A stretch of 59,875 nt of DNA, filler included, from Sandaracinaceae bacterium (GCA_947483975.1; 6 parts of 6 records of this genome joined end to end with filler, not necessarily neighbours in it); one strand, 5' to 3'. Numbered from the whole stretch's first letter, positions 50,035 through 59,875 are shown. Made by a program: numbers and translations. The notes: generated by a model from the letters alone, not told the origin.

Positions 50035-50400
50035 CGTGAACCGCGCGGCGCGCATCGCGGCGAGCGCGAGGTCGTCGAACGCAGGCTCGCCCGGCGTGAC
50101 GACGCGCGCGTCGGTGACCTCCCCCGCCGCCGAGAGCGTCACCTCGAGGGTGACGACGGGCGCACTCCCGGTGCCGCGCGCCGCCTCCGGATAGCCCGGC
50201 TCGATCGGCGACGCGAGCACCGGCGCGACGAGCGCGGGGGTCGCAGCGGCGCCGCCATCGCGGGTCACGGACACGCCGCCATCGACGGGCGCCGAGGCGC
50301 CCGCATCGGGCGACGCTTGCGCGGAAACGGGGGAGGCGAACTGCGCGGAACAAGAGGCGAGCGCGACGACGAACGCGGCCCGCCGAAAGCAGGGAGTCAT
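50035..50400 (-). CDS. Secreted protein with N-terminal TonB-C domain, likely a myxobacterial TonB-dependent receptor; truncated
   Basis: Signal peptide; PGYPEAAR...VTLEVTLSAAGEVTDARV...FDDLALAAMRAARF. Confidence 0.78.
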
Positions 50401-50510
50401 CGCGCCTGATGTTCGTTCCGAACGGCCGAGCGTCAAGGGCCGCGCGCCAGAGAAAACGCTTCTTCACACCTCTGCGCCCCCGCGGACGCCCCGGCGCGCG
50501 AGCCTCGCGG

Positions 50511-51194
50511 CTACGCCTTGGTCTTGCTGTACGGGTGCCGGACGTCGACGCCGCGCACCATGTACACGACCATCTCGGCGATGTTCGTGGCGTGATCGGC
50601 GACGCGCTCGGTGTACTTCGCGCACGACGCGACGGCCATCGCGGGCTTGACCTTCTCGGGGTTCGCCGAGATGAACGTGAACGTCGCGCGCATCGTCTCG
50701 CCGTAGAGCGCGTCGACGGCGTCGTCGGCGGCGAGCACGTGCTCCGCCTTGATCGGGTCCTCCTCGACGAAGGCGTCGAGGGCCTCGTGCAGCATCGTCG
50801 CGGCGGCGTCCGCCATCTCGCCGAGGCGCGACGACGTCGAGGGCAGCTTCACCTCGTTCGCGAGCTCCCCCGCGCGCTCGGCGATGTTCACGGCCTCATC
50901 GCCGATACGCTCGAGGTCCGTGACGACCTTAAGCGCGGTCATCAGAAACCGCAGATCGCGCCCGACCGGCTGCCGCAGCGCGAGGATGCGCACGGCGAGG
51001 TCGTCGATGGCCATCTCGTCGGTGTTGATCTCGTGATCGGTCTTCGCGACGGCCGCCGCGAGCTCGACGTTCTGCGTCTGCAGGGCCGAGATCGCCTGGC
51101 GGAGCAGCCGCTCGCAGCGTCCGCCCATCGCGAGGAGGCGATCTTTGAGGGCGCGGAGCTCCGCCTCGTACTGCTGGCTGGTGTGGATCGTCAT
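50511..51194 (-). CDS. phoU: Phosphate signalling complex protein PhoU
   Basis: LALRQPVGRDLR, DLERIGD, DDAVD, ERVADHATNIAE. Confidence 0.97.
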   Translation of the reverse strand: MTIHTSQQYEAELRALKDRLLAMGGRCERLLRQAISALQTQNVELAAAVAKTDHEINTDEMAIDDLAVRILALRQPVGRDLRFLMTALKVVTDLERIGDEAVNIAERAGELANEVKLPSTSSRLGEMADAAATMLHEALDAFVEEDPIKAEHVLAADDAVDALYGETMRATFTFISANPEKVKPAMAVASCAKYTERVADHATNIAEMVVYMVRGVDVRHPYSKTKA

Positions 51195-51233
51195 GCTTTT
51201 TCCGTCATCCGAGGCGACCCATGGTGTAGCCCC

Positions 51234-52592
51234 TCAGGCCGCGTCCGTCGACTTCTGCGCACGCCGCAGCCGCACGAGGAACGTCGTGCCCCGCCCGAGC
51301 TTGCTCTCGACGGAGACCTCGCCGCCCATCCGCTGCGTGAAGTGCTTGACGATCGCGAGCCCGAGCCCCGTCCCGCCGACCTCGCGCGCGCGACCCGAGT
51401 CGACGCGATAGAAGCGCTCGAAGATGCGCGAGAGGTGCGCCTGCGCGATGCCGCCGCCGGTGTCGGCGACCTCTAGCTCGACGTGCTCGTCCCCCGCGGC
51501 GCGGACGCGCACGGTCACCTGCCCGCCGTCGGGCGTGTACTTCACGCCGTTGTCGATCAGGTTGACCAGCACGTGATCGAGCGCGACGGCGTCCGCCTCG
51601 ACGAAGAGCGCCTCCCCCGCGAGCCCCTCCGCGCCGAGCGTGATCTTCTTCTCCATCGCGCTCCGCTCGAGCCCGCGGAGGGCCTTGGCGACGGCGCTGG
51701 CGACGTCCACCGGCTCGAGCGTGAAGACGACGTCGGGCGACTCGGCGCGAGAGAGCTCGAGCAGGTCATCGACCAGGCGCTGCAGGCGCACCGAGTGCTC
51801 GAGGATCCGCCCGAGGAAGCGCTTCGCGAGCACCGGGTCGCTGACGGCGCCGTCCGCGAGCGTCTCGGCGAAGCCGCGGATGGCCGTCAGCGGCGTGCGC
51901 AGCTCGTGGCTCGCGTTCGCCACGAAGTCGCGCCGGACGGTGTCGGCGAGCTTCAGATCGGTGACGTCGTGCAGCACGGCGACGACGCCCAGGCGCCCTG
52001 GCAGCGGCGCGACGTGCGCGGCGAGGATGCGCGGGTCGACGCCGAGGCGCGTCTCGATCGTCACGCTCGACGCGACGCCGCCGAGCGCGCCGCCGACCGC
52101 CTCGTGCAGCTCCGGGCTGCGGATCGCCTCGACGGCGGTCCGCCCCTCGACGCGCCCCGCGAGCCGCTGCAGGGCCGCGTTCGTCACGCGGATCCGCCCC
52201 TCGCGGTCGGTGACGAACACGCTCTCGACCATCGCGTCGAGGATCGTGCGGAGCTGCGCCTCCTCGGAGTTCATGCGCGCGAGCCGCTCGTCGACCGCGT
52301 CGGCCATGCGGTCGACCGAGCGCGCGAGCTCCCCGAGCTCGTCCTCCCGCTCGCTCCGCAGGCGCACGCCGACGTCGCCCGCCGTCAGCGCCGCGGTGAC
52401 GCGCGCGATCTCGGCGACGGGCTGCGTCAGCGAGCGCGTCAGCAGCTCCGCGAGGAGCCCACCGAGCAAGAGCGCGAAGACGCCGCCGCCGACGATGATG
52501 CGCGGGTCCGTGACGAACAACGAGAGCAGCACGCCCGCGATCGTGACCAGCACGATCGCGCCGAAGATGCGCGCACGCAGGCTCTTCAGCAC
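51234..52592 (-). CDS. phoR: Phosphate regulon sensor kinase (HAMP-PAS-HisKA-HATPase)
   Basis: RRDFVANASHELRTPLT, NLIDNGVKYT, IFERFYRVD, GGTGLGLAIVKH; between phoB and phoU. Confidence 0.93.
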   Translation of the reverse strand: MLKSLRARIFGAIVLVTIAGVLLSLFVTDPRIIVGGGVFALLLGGLLAELLTRSLTQPVAEIARVTAALTAGDVGVRLRSEREDELGELARSVDRMADAVDERLARMNSEEAQLRTILDAMVESVFVTDREGRIRVTNAALQRLAGRVEGRTAVEAIRSPELHEAVGGALGGVASSVTIETRLGVDPRILAAHVAPLPGRLGVVAVLHDVTDLKLADTVRRDFVANASHELRTPLTAIRGFAETLADGAVSDPVLAKRFLGRILEHSVRLQRLVDDLLELSRAESPDVVFTLEPVDVASAVAKALRGLERSAMEKKITLGAEGLAGEALFVEADAVALDHVLVNLIDNGVKYTPDGGQVTVRVRAAGDEHVELEVADTGGGIAQAHLSRIFERFYRVDSGRAREVGGTGLGLAIVKHFTQRMGGEVSVESKLGRGTTFLVRLRRAQKSTDAA

Positions 52593-52641
52593 CCGTTAAC
52601 CTAGGCCGAAACGCGCGCGCTGTGGACGAACATCGCGCGGC

Positions 52642-53355
52642 TCAAGCAGACGGCGCGGACGTGAGGTCCTCGCGGATCCGATACCCGACGCCGCGCACCG
52701 TCTCGATGTAGTCGCTCGCGGCGCCGAGCTTCTCGCGCAGGCGCTTGACGTGCGTGTCCACCGTGCGCGTCTCGATGCCGGGCGAGTAGCCCCACACGCG
52801 GTCGAGCAGCGAATCGCGCGACTGCACGCGCCCGCGCCGCGAGGCGAGGTCGAGCAGCAGCTTGAACTCGAGCGCCGTCAGCGGGATGTCCTCTTCCTCG
52901 ACGGCGACGCGGTGCCGCGCGGTGTCGATCGTGAGCTTGCCGAGCACGAGCCGCTGCGACGGATCGCCCGCCGCCTGCGGCGCCTGCGCCCGCCGCAGCA
53001 CCGCCCCGACGCGCAAGACCAGCTCGCGCGGCGAGAACGGCTTGACGATGTAGTCGTCCGCCCCGAGCTCGAAGCCGACGACGCGGTCGATCTCCTGCCC
53101 GCGGGCCGTCAGCATGACGATCGGGATGCTCTCTGTGTCGGGATCGCGACGAAGCCGCTTGCAGACCTCGTTGCCCGAGATGTCCGGCAGCATCAGATCG
53201 AGCAAGATCAGGTCGGGGCGCTGCCGCCGCACCTCGGCGAGCGCGCCCGCGCCGTCCTTCGCGGTCGTGACCGTATAGCCCGCGTCGCGCAGGTTGTACT
53301 CGACGAGCTCCAGGAGATCCGGCTCGTCATCGACCGCGAGAATTCGCTCACTCAT
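52642..53355 (-). CDS. phoB: Phosphate regulon response regulator (OmpR family)
   Basis: LLDLMLP, GADDYIVKPFS, TRTVDTHVKRLR, ETVRGVGY. Confidence 0.93.
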   Translation of the reverse strand: MSERILAVDDEPDLLELVEYNLRDAGYTVTTAKDGAGALAEVRRQRPDLILLDLMLPDISGNEVCKRLRRDPDTESIPIVMLTARGQEIDRVVGFELGADDYIVKPFSPRELVLRVGAVLRRAQAPQAAGDPSQRLVLGKLTIDTARHRVAVEEEDIPLTALEFKLLLDLASRRGRVQSRDSLLDRVWGYSPGIETRTVDTHVKRLREKLGAASDYIETVRGVGYRIREDLTSAPSA

Positions 53356-53386
53356 GGCTGTTGCTCCGACACAGAGTGTTCAGCGC

Positions 53387-53419
53387 TCAGGTGAACGCTC
53401 TGTGACGCGCAGGTGGCAA
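53387..53419 (-). promoter_or_regulatory. PHO-box-like array of three 11-bp direct repeats upstream of phoB
   Basis: Minus strand TTGCCACCTGC GCGTCACAGAG CGTTCACCTGA; CAC cores exactly 11 bp apart. Confidence 0.6.
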
Positions 53420-53487
53420 TGCGGCAAGCGCTCGCGCCCCGCGGCGCATGGGCAGCGGGCCGCCCCGCGTGCTAAACGCGCGGCGCC

Positions 53488-54591
53488 ATGAGTCTCTCTG
53501 TCGGTATCGTCGGTCTGCCCAACGTCGGAAAGTCCACGCTCTTCAACGCGCTCTCGTCGAAGCAGGCGGAGGCGGCGAACTACCCGTTCTGCACGATCGA
53601 CCCGAACGTCGGCGTCGTGCCGGTGCCCGACAAGCGCTTCGACGCGCTCGTCGAGCTCGTGCAGCCGAACAAGCAGCAGCCCGCGACGGTCGACTTCGTG
53701 GACATCGCCGGGCTCGTCAAGGGCGCGAGCAAAGGTGAGGGCAAGGGCAACGCCTTCCTCTCGAACATCCGCGACTGCGACGCCATCGCGCACGTCGTCC
53801 GCTGCTTCGAGGACGACAACATCGTCCACGTCGAGAACCGCGTCGATCCCGTCAACGACATCGAGATCATCAACCTCGAGCTGATCCTGCGCGACCTCGA
53901 CCTCGTGCTGAAGCGCGCCGAGAAGGCCCGCAAGCTCGCCAAGGCCAACAGCGCCTACGAGCACGCCGCCGAGGCCGTCTGCGGGCGCCTGCAGGTCGCG
54001 CTCGAGAGCGGCAAGCGCGCGATCCACGTGCCGATCGAGGGCCCCGACGAGCAGAAGATCGTCCGCGAGATGATGCTGCTGACGACCAAGCCGATGTTCT
54101 ACGTCTGCAACGTCAAGGAGCATCAGCTCGCCGCCGGCAACGACGACCCGATGGTCGCCAAGGTCCGCGCCCTCGCCGCGAGCGAGGACAGCGAGTGCGT
54201 GTCGATCTGCGCCGCGATCGAGGCGGAGATCATGCAGCTGCCGCCGGCCGACCGAAAAGACTTCCTCGACGCGAGCGGCCTCGAAGAGCCCGGCCTCAAC
54301 GCGGTCATCCGCACCGGCTACAAGCTGCTCGACCTGATCACGTACTTCACGAGCGGCAAGCAAGAGGTCCGCGCCTGGACGATCCACCGCGGCACCAAGG
54401 GCCCGGGCGCCGCGGGCGTGATCCACACCGACTTCGAGCGCGGCTTCATCCGCGCCGAGGTGATGTGGTGGGAGGACCTCGTGACGATGAAGACCGAGGC
54501 CGCCGTGCGCGCCGCGGGCAAGCTGCGCAGCGAAGGCAAAGAGTACGTCGTGCGCGACGGCGACGTGATGCACTTCTTGTTCAACGTCTGA
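53488..54591 (+). CDS. ychF: Ribosome-binding ATPase YchF
   Basis: GLPNVGKST, NYPFCTIDPN, DIAGLV, NVKE, IHTDFERGFIRAE, YVVRDGD. Confidence 0.98.
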   Translation: MSLSVGIVGLPNVGKSTLFNALSSKQAEAANYPFCTIDPNVGVVPVPDKRFDALVELVQPNKQQPATVDFVDIAGLVKGASKGEGKGNAFLSNIRDCDAIAHVVRCFEDDNIVHVENRVDPVNDIEIINLELILRDLDLVLKRAEKARKLAKANSAYEHAAEAVCGRLQVALESGKRAIHVPIEGPDEQKIVREMMLLTTKPMFYVCNVKEHQLAAGNDDPMVAKVRALAASEDSECVSICAAIEAEIMQLPPADRKDFLDASGLEEPGLNAVIRTGYKLLDLITYFTSGKQEVRAWTIHRGTKGPGAAGVIHTDFERGFIRAEVMWWEDLVTMKTEAAVRAAGKLRSEGKEYVVRDGDVMHFLFNV

Positions 54592-54641
54592 GTCCGGCGC
54601 CCCGCGACCCCGCGGGGAGCGAGGTCGCCCGCCGGACTCAG
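54588..54641. terminator. Hairpin spanning both stop codons of a convergent gene pair
   Basis: CTGAGTCCGGCG / CGCCGGACTCAG 12-bp arms plus inner GCGACC/GGTCGC; no U-tract. Confidence 0.45.
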
Positions 54642-56683
54642 CGCTGGAGCGCCTCACGCACCTTGGCGCCCAAGTCCTGCACGGTGAACGGCTTCTGCAA
54701 GAAGCTCACGTCGTCACTGAGGATGCCGTCGTGCGCCTGTGCGTGCGTGGTGTATCCCGACATGAAGAGTCGATGGAGGTGCGGAAACGACGCGAGCAGC
54801 TCCCGTGCGAGCTCGTAGCCGCTCATATCCGGCATGACGATATCCGTCATGAGCAGGTGGATCTCGGACGGGTGCGCGCGGCAGAGGCGAAGGGCGGCCT
54901 TCGGGGTGTCTGCGGCGAGCACCGAGTAGCCCATTCGCTCAAGCAGCTTGGTGGTGACTCGCAGGAGCGTGGGCTCGTCCTCGACGAGCAGGATCGTCTC
55001 ATGCCCGCGCGGCGCGAGGCTCGGCGCGTGGACGCCCGCCGCCGCGCCCGTCGCCGCGACGCACTTGGGGAAGAACAACGAGAAGGTCGTGCCCGCGCCC
55101 GGCGCGCTGCGCACGTCGACGACCCCGCCGTTCTGCTTGACGATCCCGTACACCGTCGAGAGGCCGAGGCCGGTGCCCTCGCCCGTGGGCTTCGTAGTGA
55201 AGAACGGCTCGAAGATCTGCGCGAGCGTGCCCGCGTCCATGCCGCAGCCGTCGTCGCGGACGGACACCCGTACGAAGTCTCCTGGGACCACCCCGAGGTG
55301 CGTCGCGCAATACGCCTGGTCGAGCACGACGTTCGCCGTCTCGAGGGTCACACGCCCCGCTCCGACGATGGCGTCGCGCGCGTTGACGCACAGGTTCATG
55401 AGCACCTGGTCTAGCTGCGTCGGGTCCATGTAGACGGGCCAGAGCGCGTCTCCGGGGAGCCACTCGATCCGCACATCCGCGCCGATGAGGCGGCTCAACA
55501 TCTTGAGGAGGCCCGCGATCGTGGTGTTGAGATTGAGCGCCTTCGGGAGAATCGCCTGCTTGCGCGCGAAGGCGAGCAGCTGCCGAGTGAGGTCGGCCGA
55601 GCGCGCCGCGGCGCCGCGAATCTGCCGCAGGTCCTCACGAATTGGGGCGTCCTCTGGAGTGTCCTCGAGCGCCATATCGGCGTGCCCCAGGATGACGCCG
55701 AGCATGTTGTTGAAGTCGTGCGCCACGCCGCCGGCGAGGCGCCCCACGGACTCCATCTTCTGCGCGTGAAGCAGCTGCGCCTCGAGCGCGTCGTTCGCCT
55801 GCTCCGCGCGCTTTCGCTCGGTGATGTCGGTCTCGATACCGGACCACGTGATCGCTCCGTCTGCCGAGCGCCGCGGTGTCGCGCTGAACTGCCGCCAGCG
55901 CAGCTCGCCCGAGGGATGCCGACTGCGCACCTCACAGACGAAGGGGCACAGCGTGGCGAAAGACAACGCTTCACGCTCCCGCAGCAGCGCGGCGTCCTCG
56001 GGCAAGAGCTGAGCGTAGAGCAGCCCCCCATCGCGCAGGGCGTCCTGCGCCGAGCACCCGTGCAAGTGCTCGACCGTGGGGCTCACGTAGGAGAAGCCCG
56101 CAGGCCGCCCGTCGGCCGGACCGACGAGCTCGTAGAGCATCACGTCGGGCAGGTTCGCGGAGAGCGTGTGGAGGCGCGCCTCGGAGTCGAGCAGCGCGCG
56201 CTCGGTCTGCCGAGTGTGGGTGAAGTCTTTGGAAGAGCCGAGCACCGCCGTGACGGCGCCCGCGGCATCGAACAGGGGTGTGATCGTGGTGACGAAGTGC
56301 CGCCCGCCCTCGGGCTGCGGCACGATGACGCTGATGACGTTCGGCTCGCCCGTGCGCGCGACCGCGCTCAGCGCTTCGAAGCGTTGGTCGGCGAGCTCCT
56401 TGGGGAACAGGTCCCAGAACCGCTTGCCGACGACCTGCGCGACGGTGCGACCGACGCCCGCGGCGAAGGCAGGATTCACGTAGAGGTATTGCCCCTCGAG
56501 ATTGAGCGTGAAGAGCGGGTCCGGCGCCCGCTCGAGGATCGTGCGGTATTCGTCCCCGGCGGCGGCGCGACGCTCGCACTCGGCGAGGCGCGCGCGGCTG
56601 TCTTCGAGCTCTCGGAGAAGCGCCTCGTAGCGCTCGTCGCCGTCGGTCGTCGTCGTGACGTCGGGCACAGGGGGCTGCGACAC
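54638..56683 (-). CDS. Double-PAS hybrid sensor histidine kinase with receiver
   Basis: Two PAS/PAC; AGGVAHDFNNML; NLCVNARDA; FEPFFTTK; LLMTDIVMP; LQKPF; start GTG 56683 approximate. Confidence 0.92.
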   Translation of the reverse strand: MSQPPVPDVTTTTDGDERYEALLRELEDSRARLAECERRAAAGDEYRTILERAPDPLFTLNLEGQYLYVNPAFAAGVGRTVAQVVGKRFWDLFPKELADQRFEALSAVARTGEPNVISVIVPQPEGGRHFVTTITPLFDAAGAVTAVLGSSKDFTHTRQTERALLDSEARLHTLSANLPDVMLYELVGPADGRPAGFSYVSPTVEHLHGCSAQDALRDGGLLYAQLLPEDAALLREREALSFATLCPFVCEVRSRHPSGELRWRQFSATPRRSADGAITWSGIETDITERKRAEQANDALEAQLLHAQKMESVGRLAGGVAHDFNNMLGVILGHADMALEDTPEDAPIREDLRQIRGAAARSADLTRQLLAFARKQAILPKALNLNTTIAGLLKMLSRLIGADVRIEWLPGDALWPVYMDPTQLDQVLMNLCVNARDAIVGAGRVTLETANVVLDQAYCATHLGVVPGDFVRVSVRDDGCGMDAGTLAQIFEPFFTTKPTGEGTGLGLSTVYGIVKQNGGVVDVRSAPGAGTTFSLFFPKCVAATGAAAGVHAPSLAPRGHETILLVEDEPTLLRVTTKLLERMGYSVLAADTPKAALRLCRAHPSEIHLLMTDIVMPDMSGYELARELLASFPHLHRLFMSGYTTHAQAHDGILSDDVSFLQKPFTVQDLGAKVREALQR

Positions 56684-56865
56684 GGCGGCGATTATTGCAT
56701 GGCTCACCGGCTTGGTTCGTGCGAATCCGCGTACAATTGCGGTTCTCGACGAAGCGCAGCGCCGAGCGCGGCGGCCAGCGCGGCGCGCGCCATCGCGCGG
56801 GCGTCGAGCAGCGGACGCTCCCCGCGTCGAAGCCACCACGCTGCCCGAACACGCCGGCCCCGCCT

Positions 56866-57144
56866 AAGCGCGTCGACCGCGCCCACCGCGACTGGACCGA
56901 AGCGCAGATCGCCTTCGTCGCGAACGTCGTGCGCCTCTACAGCGGCGAGGAAGTGGACCTGACCTACGGCGGCGACGAGGCGAGCGCGAAGCTGCGCGAG
57001 GTCTTCGGCAAGAAGCCGAAGTACGCCGACGTGCCCGGCCTCTGCAGGGTCGCGCCCCGCGCCGAGATCGAGGCCCGAGGCTGGAGCCTGAACCCCGGCC
57101 GCTACGTCGGTGTCGCCCCCGGCGAAGAGGTCAGCGACGAAGAT
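56866..57144 (+). pseudogene. hsdM: Internal fragment from the C-terminal part of a type I RM methyltransferase (HsdM)
   Basis: RAHRDWT...NVVRLY...YADVPGLCRVA...EIEARGWSLNPGRYVGV; no catalytic motifs, no proper start or end. Confidence 0.78.
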
Positions 57145-57190
57145 AGCGGTTCCGTTCGCGTACCTCTATGCCGCGACCACGACGCTGCGG

Positions 57191-57820
57191 GTGGACAGGT
57201 TGAGCCAATCGCCCTTCGAAGCGCGAGTCAGCGCGCTCATCGAAGCGTGGCACTCGGAGGGCGCCGTCACAGAGCTGCTGTCGCTCGGCGAGCCTGCGCT
57301 GCGGAGGGTCCTCGACGCGAAGGACGGCAAAGGCACTCTCCAGCGCGCGGGCGCAGAGCCGCGCGACTACGAAGATGCCCTCCACCAGGTCATCCTCGCG
57401 TGGGGCAAGCACGCGCTCGATACCGTGCTCGACGAGCAGCGCCGACGCGGCTGGAGCGACGAGCGCATCGTGCTCTCGGGGCTCGGCGGCGTCCCTGACC
57501 CGCGCATCGTCGAGCTGCTCCTCGCGCTCTGCGCCAGCAAGCTCCCCCTCGATCGGCAGGTCGCCGTCGGCTACCTCGGCGCGCAGCGCGACCCGCGCGC
57601 TACTCAGGCGCTGATTCGGGCGCTACGCGACCGCTCCGAGAGCGTCCGACTCGCCGCGCTCCAGAGCCTGGGCGAGTCGGGCGATCCGACGAGCCTCGAC
57701 GCGCTGACCGCCTTCGCAGCGCGCGCGGTGGGCAAGCCCTGGCTGGCGCGCGAGGCGCGGGCGGCGATCGCGAAGGTGCGCAAGGAGGGTCGGGCGGCAC
57801 AGCGGGGCTCGCGAGGCTGA
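57191..57820 (+). CDS. HEAT/PBS-lyase repeat protein
   Basis: LGGVPDPRIVELL, LGAQRDPRATQALIRALRD...VRLAALQSLGESGDP. Confidence 0.78.
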   Translation: MDRLSQSPFEARVSALIEAWHSEGAVTELLSLGEPALRRVLDAKDGKGTLQRAGAEPRDYEDALHQVILAWGKHALDTVLDEQRRRGWSDERIVLSGLGGVPDPRIVELLLALCASKLPLDRQVAVGYLGAQRDPRATQALIRALRDRSESVRLAALQSLGESGDPTSLDALTAFAARAVGKPWLAREARAAIAKVRKEGRAAQRGSRG

Positions 57821-57918
57821 GGGCTGACGGGCGGCCACGCCGCGGCACGAGGTCAACGGACGCGCGCTGCCGCTTTTCTGTCTATTGCAGTCGAGGTGTG
57901 GCACGGCGAGGCCGCCCA

Positions 57919-58140
57919 ATGGCGCAGCCTGCTCCCGGTCAACGTTTCGGCGCGTATTGGATCGTCCGCCAAATCGGGGCGGGTGGCATGGGCACCGTAT
58001 GGGAAGGGCAGCACGAGGCGCTCCAGAAGCGCGTCGCGATCAAGACCCTCAACGCCGCCTCCGCGTTGAGCCAAGAGGCGGTCGCCCGGTTCATGCGGGA
58101 AGGTCAGTCTGCGTCGAAGATCGAACATCCCCACATCGCT
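57919..58140 (+). pseudogene. Truncated Ser/Thr kinase (N-lobe only)
   Basis: IGAGGMGTVW, VAIK, RFMREG...IEHPHI then similarity stops; no HRD or DFG before stop at 58290. Confidence 0.8.
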
Positions 58141-58240
58141 GCGCGACTAGAGTTCGCGGTCCAGTGTGCGCTTCGTCGCACCTTGGCCAGCACCCACCCA
58201 CAAGACATCGACGCCCAAACCGGCAGTCTCCCCGGCATCT

Positions 58241-59584
58241 CTATGCCGCCGTCCCGCTGTCGCTCGTCAGCCCAAAGACCATGTCCGTGACGACGCGCTT
58301 GAAGAGCGGGTTCTGCACGAACTGCTTGTAGACCTCGGTGTCGTCTTTGAGCACGTCGAGCATGACCTTCGCGAGGGCCTTGTCATGCTCGATGCGGGCG
58401 GTCTGCGGCGTGTTCGTCTTCGCGTTCTGGTAGGCGACGTCTGCCGCGACCTTCGGGGCGATCTCGTCCTTGAAGCGCCGGACTACGGATTCGGCGTCCT
58501 TGAAGATGGCGCCGAATTGCTCGTTGAAGCTCATGAGGATGTTCGAGAGTCGGTCGAGCTCGGCCTCGGGCTTGCGGCCGCCGCCGGAGACCGGGATGGG
58601 CGCAATCTCGCCCTCCTCGTCGGGGAGCGCGAGCCTCTGCGCGGCCCGCTTCTCGACGCGGTAGCTGTCCATGTCGATGGACTCGAGGATGCCCTTCGCG
58701 AGGTCCTCCTCTTTCGGCGCGGGCAGCTTCGGGAGCAGCAGGTTGAGCAGGATCGAGAGCTTCTCCCAAGCGGCGCTCGGATACGGCAGGATCGACGCGA
58801 GGAAGTCGTACGTGCGAGTGAAGGCCTTGGCCTTGCCCTTGAAGTCGACCTGCCCGTCCTCGTCGAGCCGCTCGAGGTAGGCGGCCACGATCGCGTCGAG
58901 GATCGGGTCGAGCTTGTCGCGGGAGGCGTTGGAGAGGAAAAGGGCGACGAGAGCTTCGAGCTGTTCGGGTGAGTAGACCTGCCACCCGTCGAGCGCTGCC
59001 TTGAGGTCGTGGAGCTTGTTCGGGTCCGTCTCCTCGCTGAGCACGGTCGTTCGCCAGTCTGGAACTTGTCGACGCAGATCAGGAAGCGATACGGGTCCTC
59101 TTGGATGCGGTCGGCGATCTCCGAGGACGGGAAGCCGTTGAGCGAGGCCTCCGTGATCTTCCCATCGCCGTAGTCTTGCTCACCCGAGAACGCGACGATC
59201 GCGCGATAGGGGCTCTTGCGGTCGACGAGGTACGCCTGGAACGCCTGGTAGTACTGCACCGCGCGCTGGATGCCGCTCGTCACGACCATCGCGCGGGCTT
59301 GACCCTTGATCTTCTGGAGCGCGATCACCTGCTCGTGGAAGTGGTCGACCATGATCTCGGCCTTGAGGCGGATCGCGGTGTCGTTGCTCTCGACGTAGCG
59401 GCGCAGCTTCTTGCGCGCCCTCTTCACGTCGAACTCGGGGTCGCTCTCGATGGTCTTGACCAGCTTGTAGTAGCTGTTGACCGTCGTGTAGCTCTTGAGC
59501 ACGTCGAGGATGAAGCCCTCGTCGATGGCCTGCTTCATCGTGTAGCCGTGGAACGGCCGGTGCGGGATCTTGCCCTCGGCGTCC
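58241..59584 (-). pseudogene. hsdR: Type I restriction subunit R remnant: N-terminus lost, internal frameshifting deletion
   Basis: YTMKQAIDEGFILDVL, ARAMVVT, IVAFSG, DKFQTG, then jump at 59053/59054 to RTTVLSEETDPNKLHDLK in another frame. Confidence 0.85.
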
Positions 59585-59875
59585 ATGAGGAGCTGTTGAG
59601 CCAATCACATCGACCGACGCCTGCGCATAAACGTGCGGGCAATTGAGCTGCCACATAAGGAGATCGCTGTCCTGAGTCTTTCGGACGCGGAATACCATCA
59701 TGCGCTGCGAGATGCAGAGTCGAACCCCCGAAGGAACCGTTGCGGCTATCCCGAACCGTTCTCCCTCACGACTGTAGAGGATATCTCCCTCGACAGGCAC
59801 TAACCTCGACGTCCATAACGCGAATTGCTCTTCCGACACGCGTCGCGCTTGCGACAGACGGACCTTGCCAGGTTC
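59585..59875 (-). pseudogene. hsdS: Type I RM specificity subunit fragment, cut at the hsdR junction and at the window end
   Basis: PVEGDILYSREG...CISQRMMVFR...IGSTAPH TRD pattern; visibly more AT-rich. Confidence 0.8.

Noticed and set aside
59040..59060. Programmed frameshift joining the two hsdR frames
   Set aside because: No slippery site, and conserved sequence including motif VI is missing, so a deletion explains it better

Overview
The window is not one continuous locus. It is six contigs of decreasing length (1-9969, 10070-20009, 20110-30019, 30120-39979, 40080-49934, 50035-59875) joined by artificial 100-nt N/TTAATTAATTAA/N spacers, so no gene context crosses a spacer. Very high GC, many Hanks-type Ser/Thr kinases, Cys-rich lipoproteins and a fused CcoNO point to a myxobacterium (Myxococcota, probably Polyangiales-like; inference). 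Contig 1: MscS-cNMP channel, histone-H1-like Lys/Ala/Pro protein, aspS, glgA, PAS hybrid kinase, pseudokinase start. Contig 2: stand-alone atpDC, lipoprotein GH1, decayed SDR fragment, thioesterase, and an operon coupling a YcbK/M15 peptidase to a TPR-Ser/Thr kinase. Contig 3: bacteriohemerythrin, a degenerate sigma54-activator-like Fis-HTH protein, then ccoI-S-NO-Q-P-G and a DsbD_2-type gene. Contig 4: a sigma54 promoter ahead of Cys-rich/MopE-motif lipoproteins, a 1241-aa 14-repeat lipoprotein, a PEGA/P-domain lipoprotein and a VWA protein. Contig 5: lipoproteins, an uncharacterised P-loop protein, lnt, a lipid kinase, an orphan SdhC-like gene and an ABC permease. Contig 6: TonB-domain gene, phoU-phoR-phoB with a PHO-box-like array, ychF, a hybrid kinase and wreckage of type I restriction-modification genes. 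Best candidate for an undescribed system: the hemerythrin / ATPase-dead Fis regulator / cbb3 module. I recognised no rRNA, tRNA, CRISPR array or transposase. All product calls come from motif recognition by eye, not from database searches.
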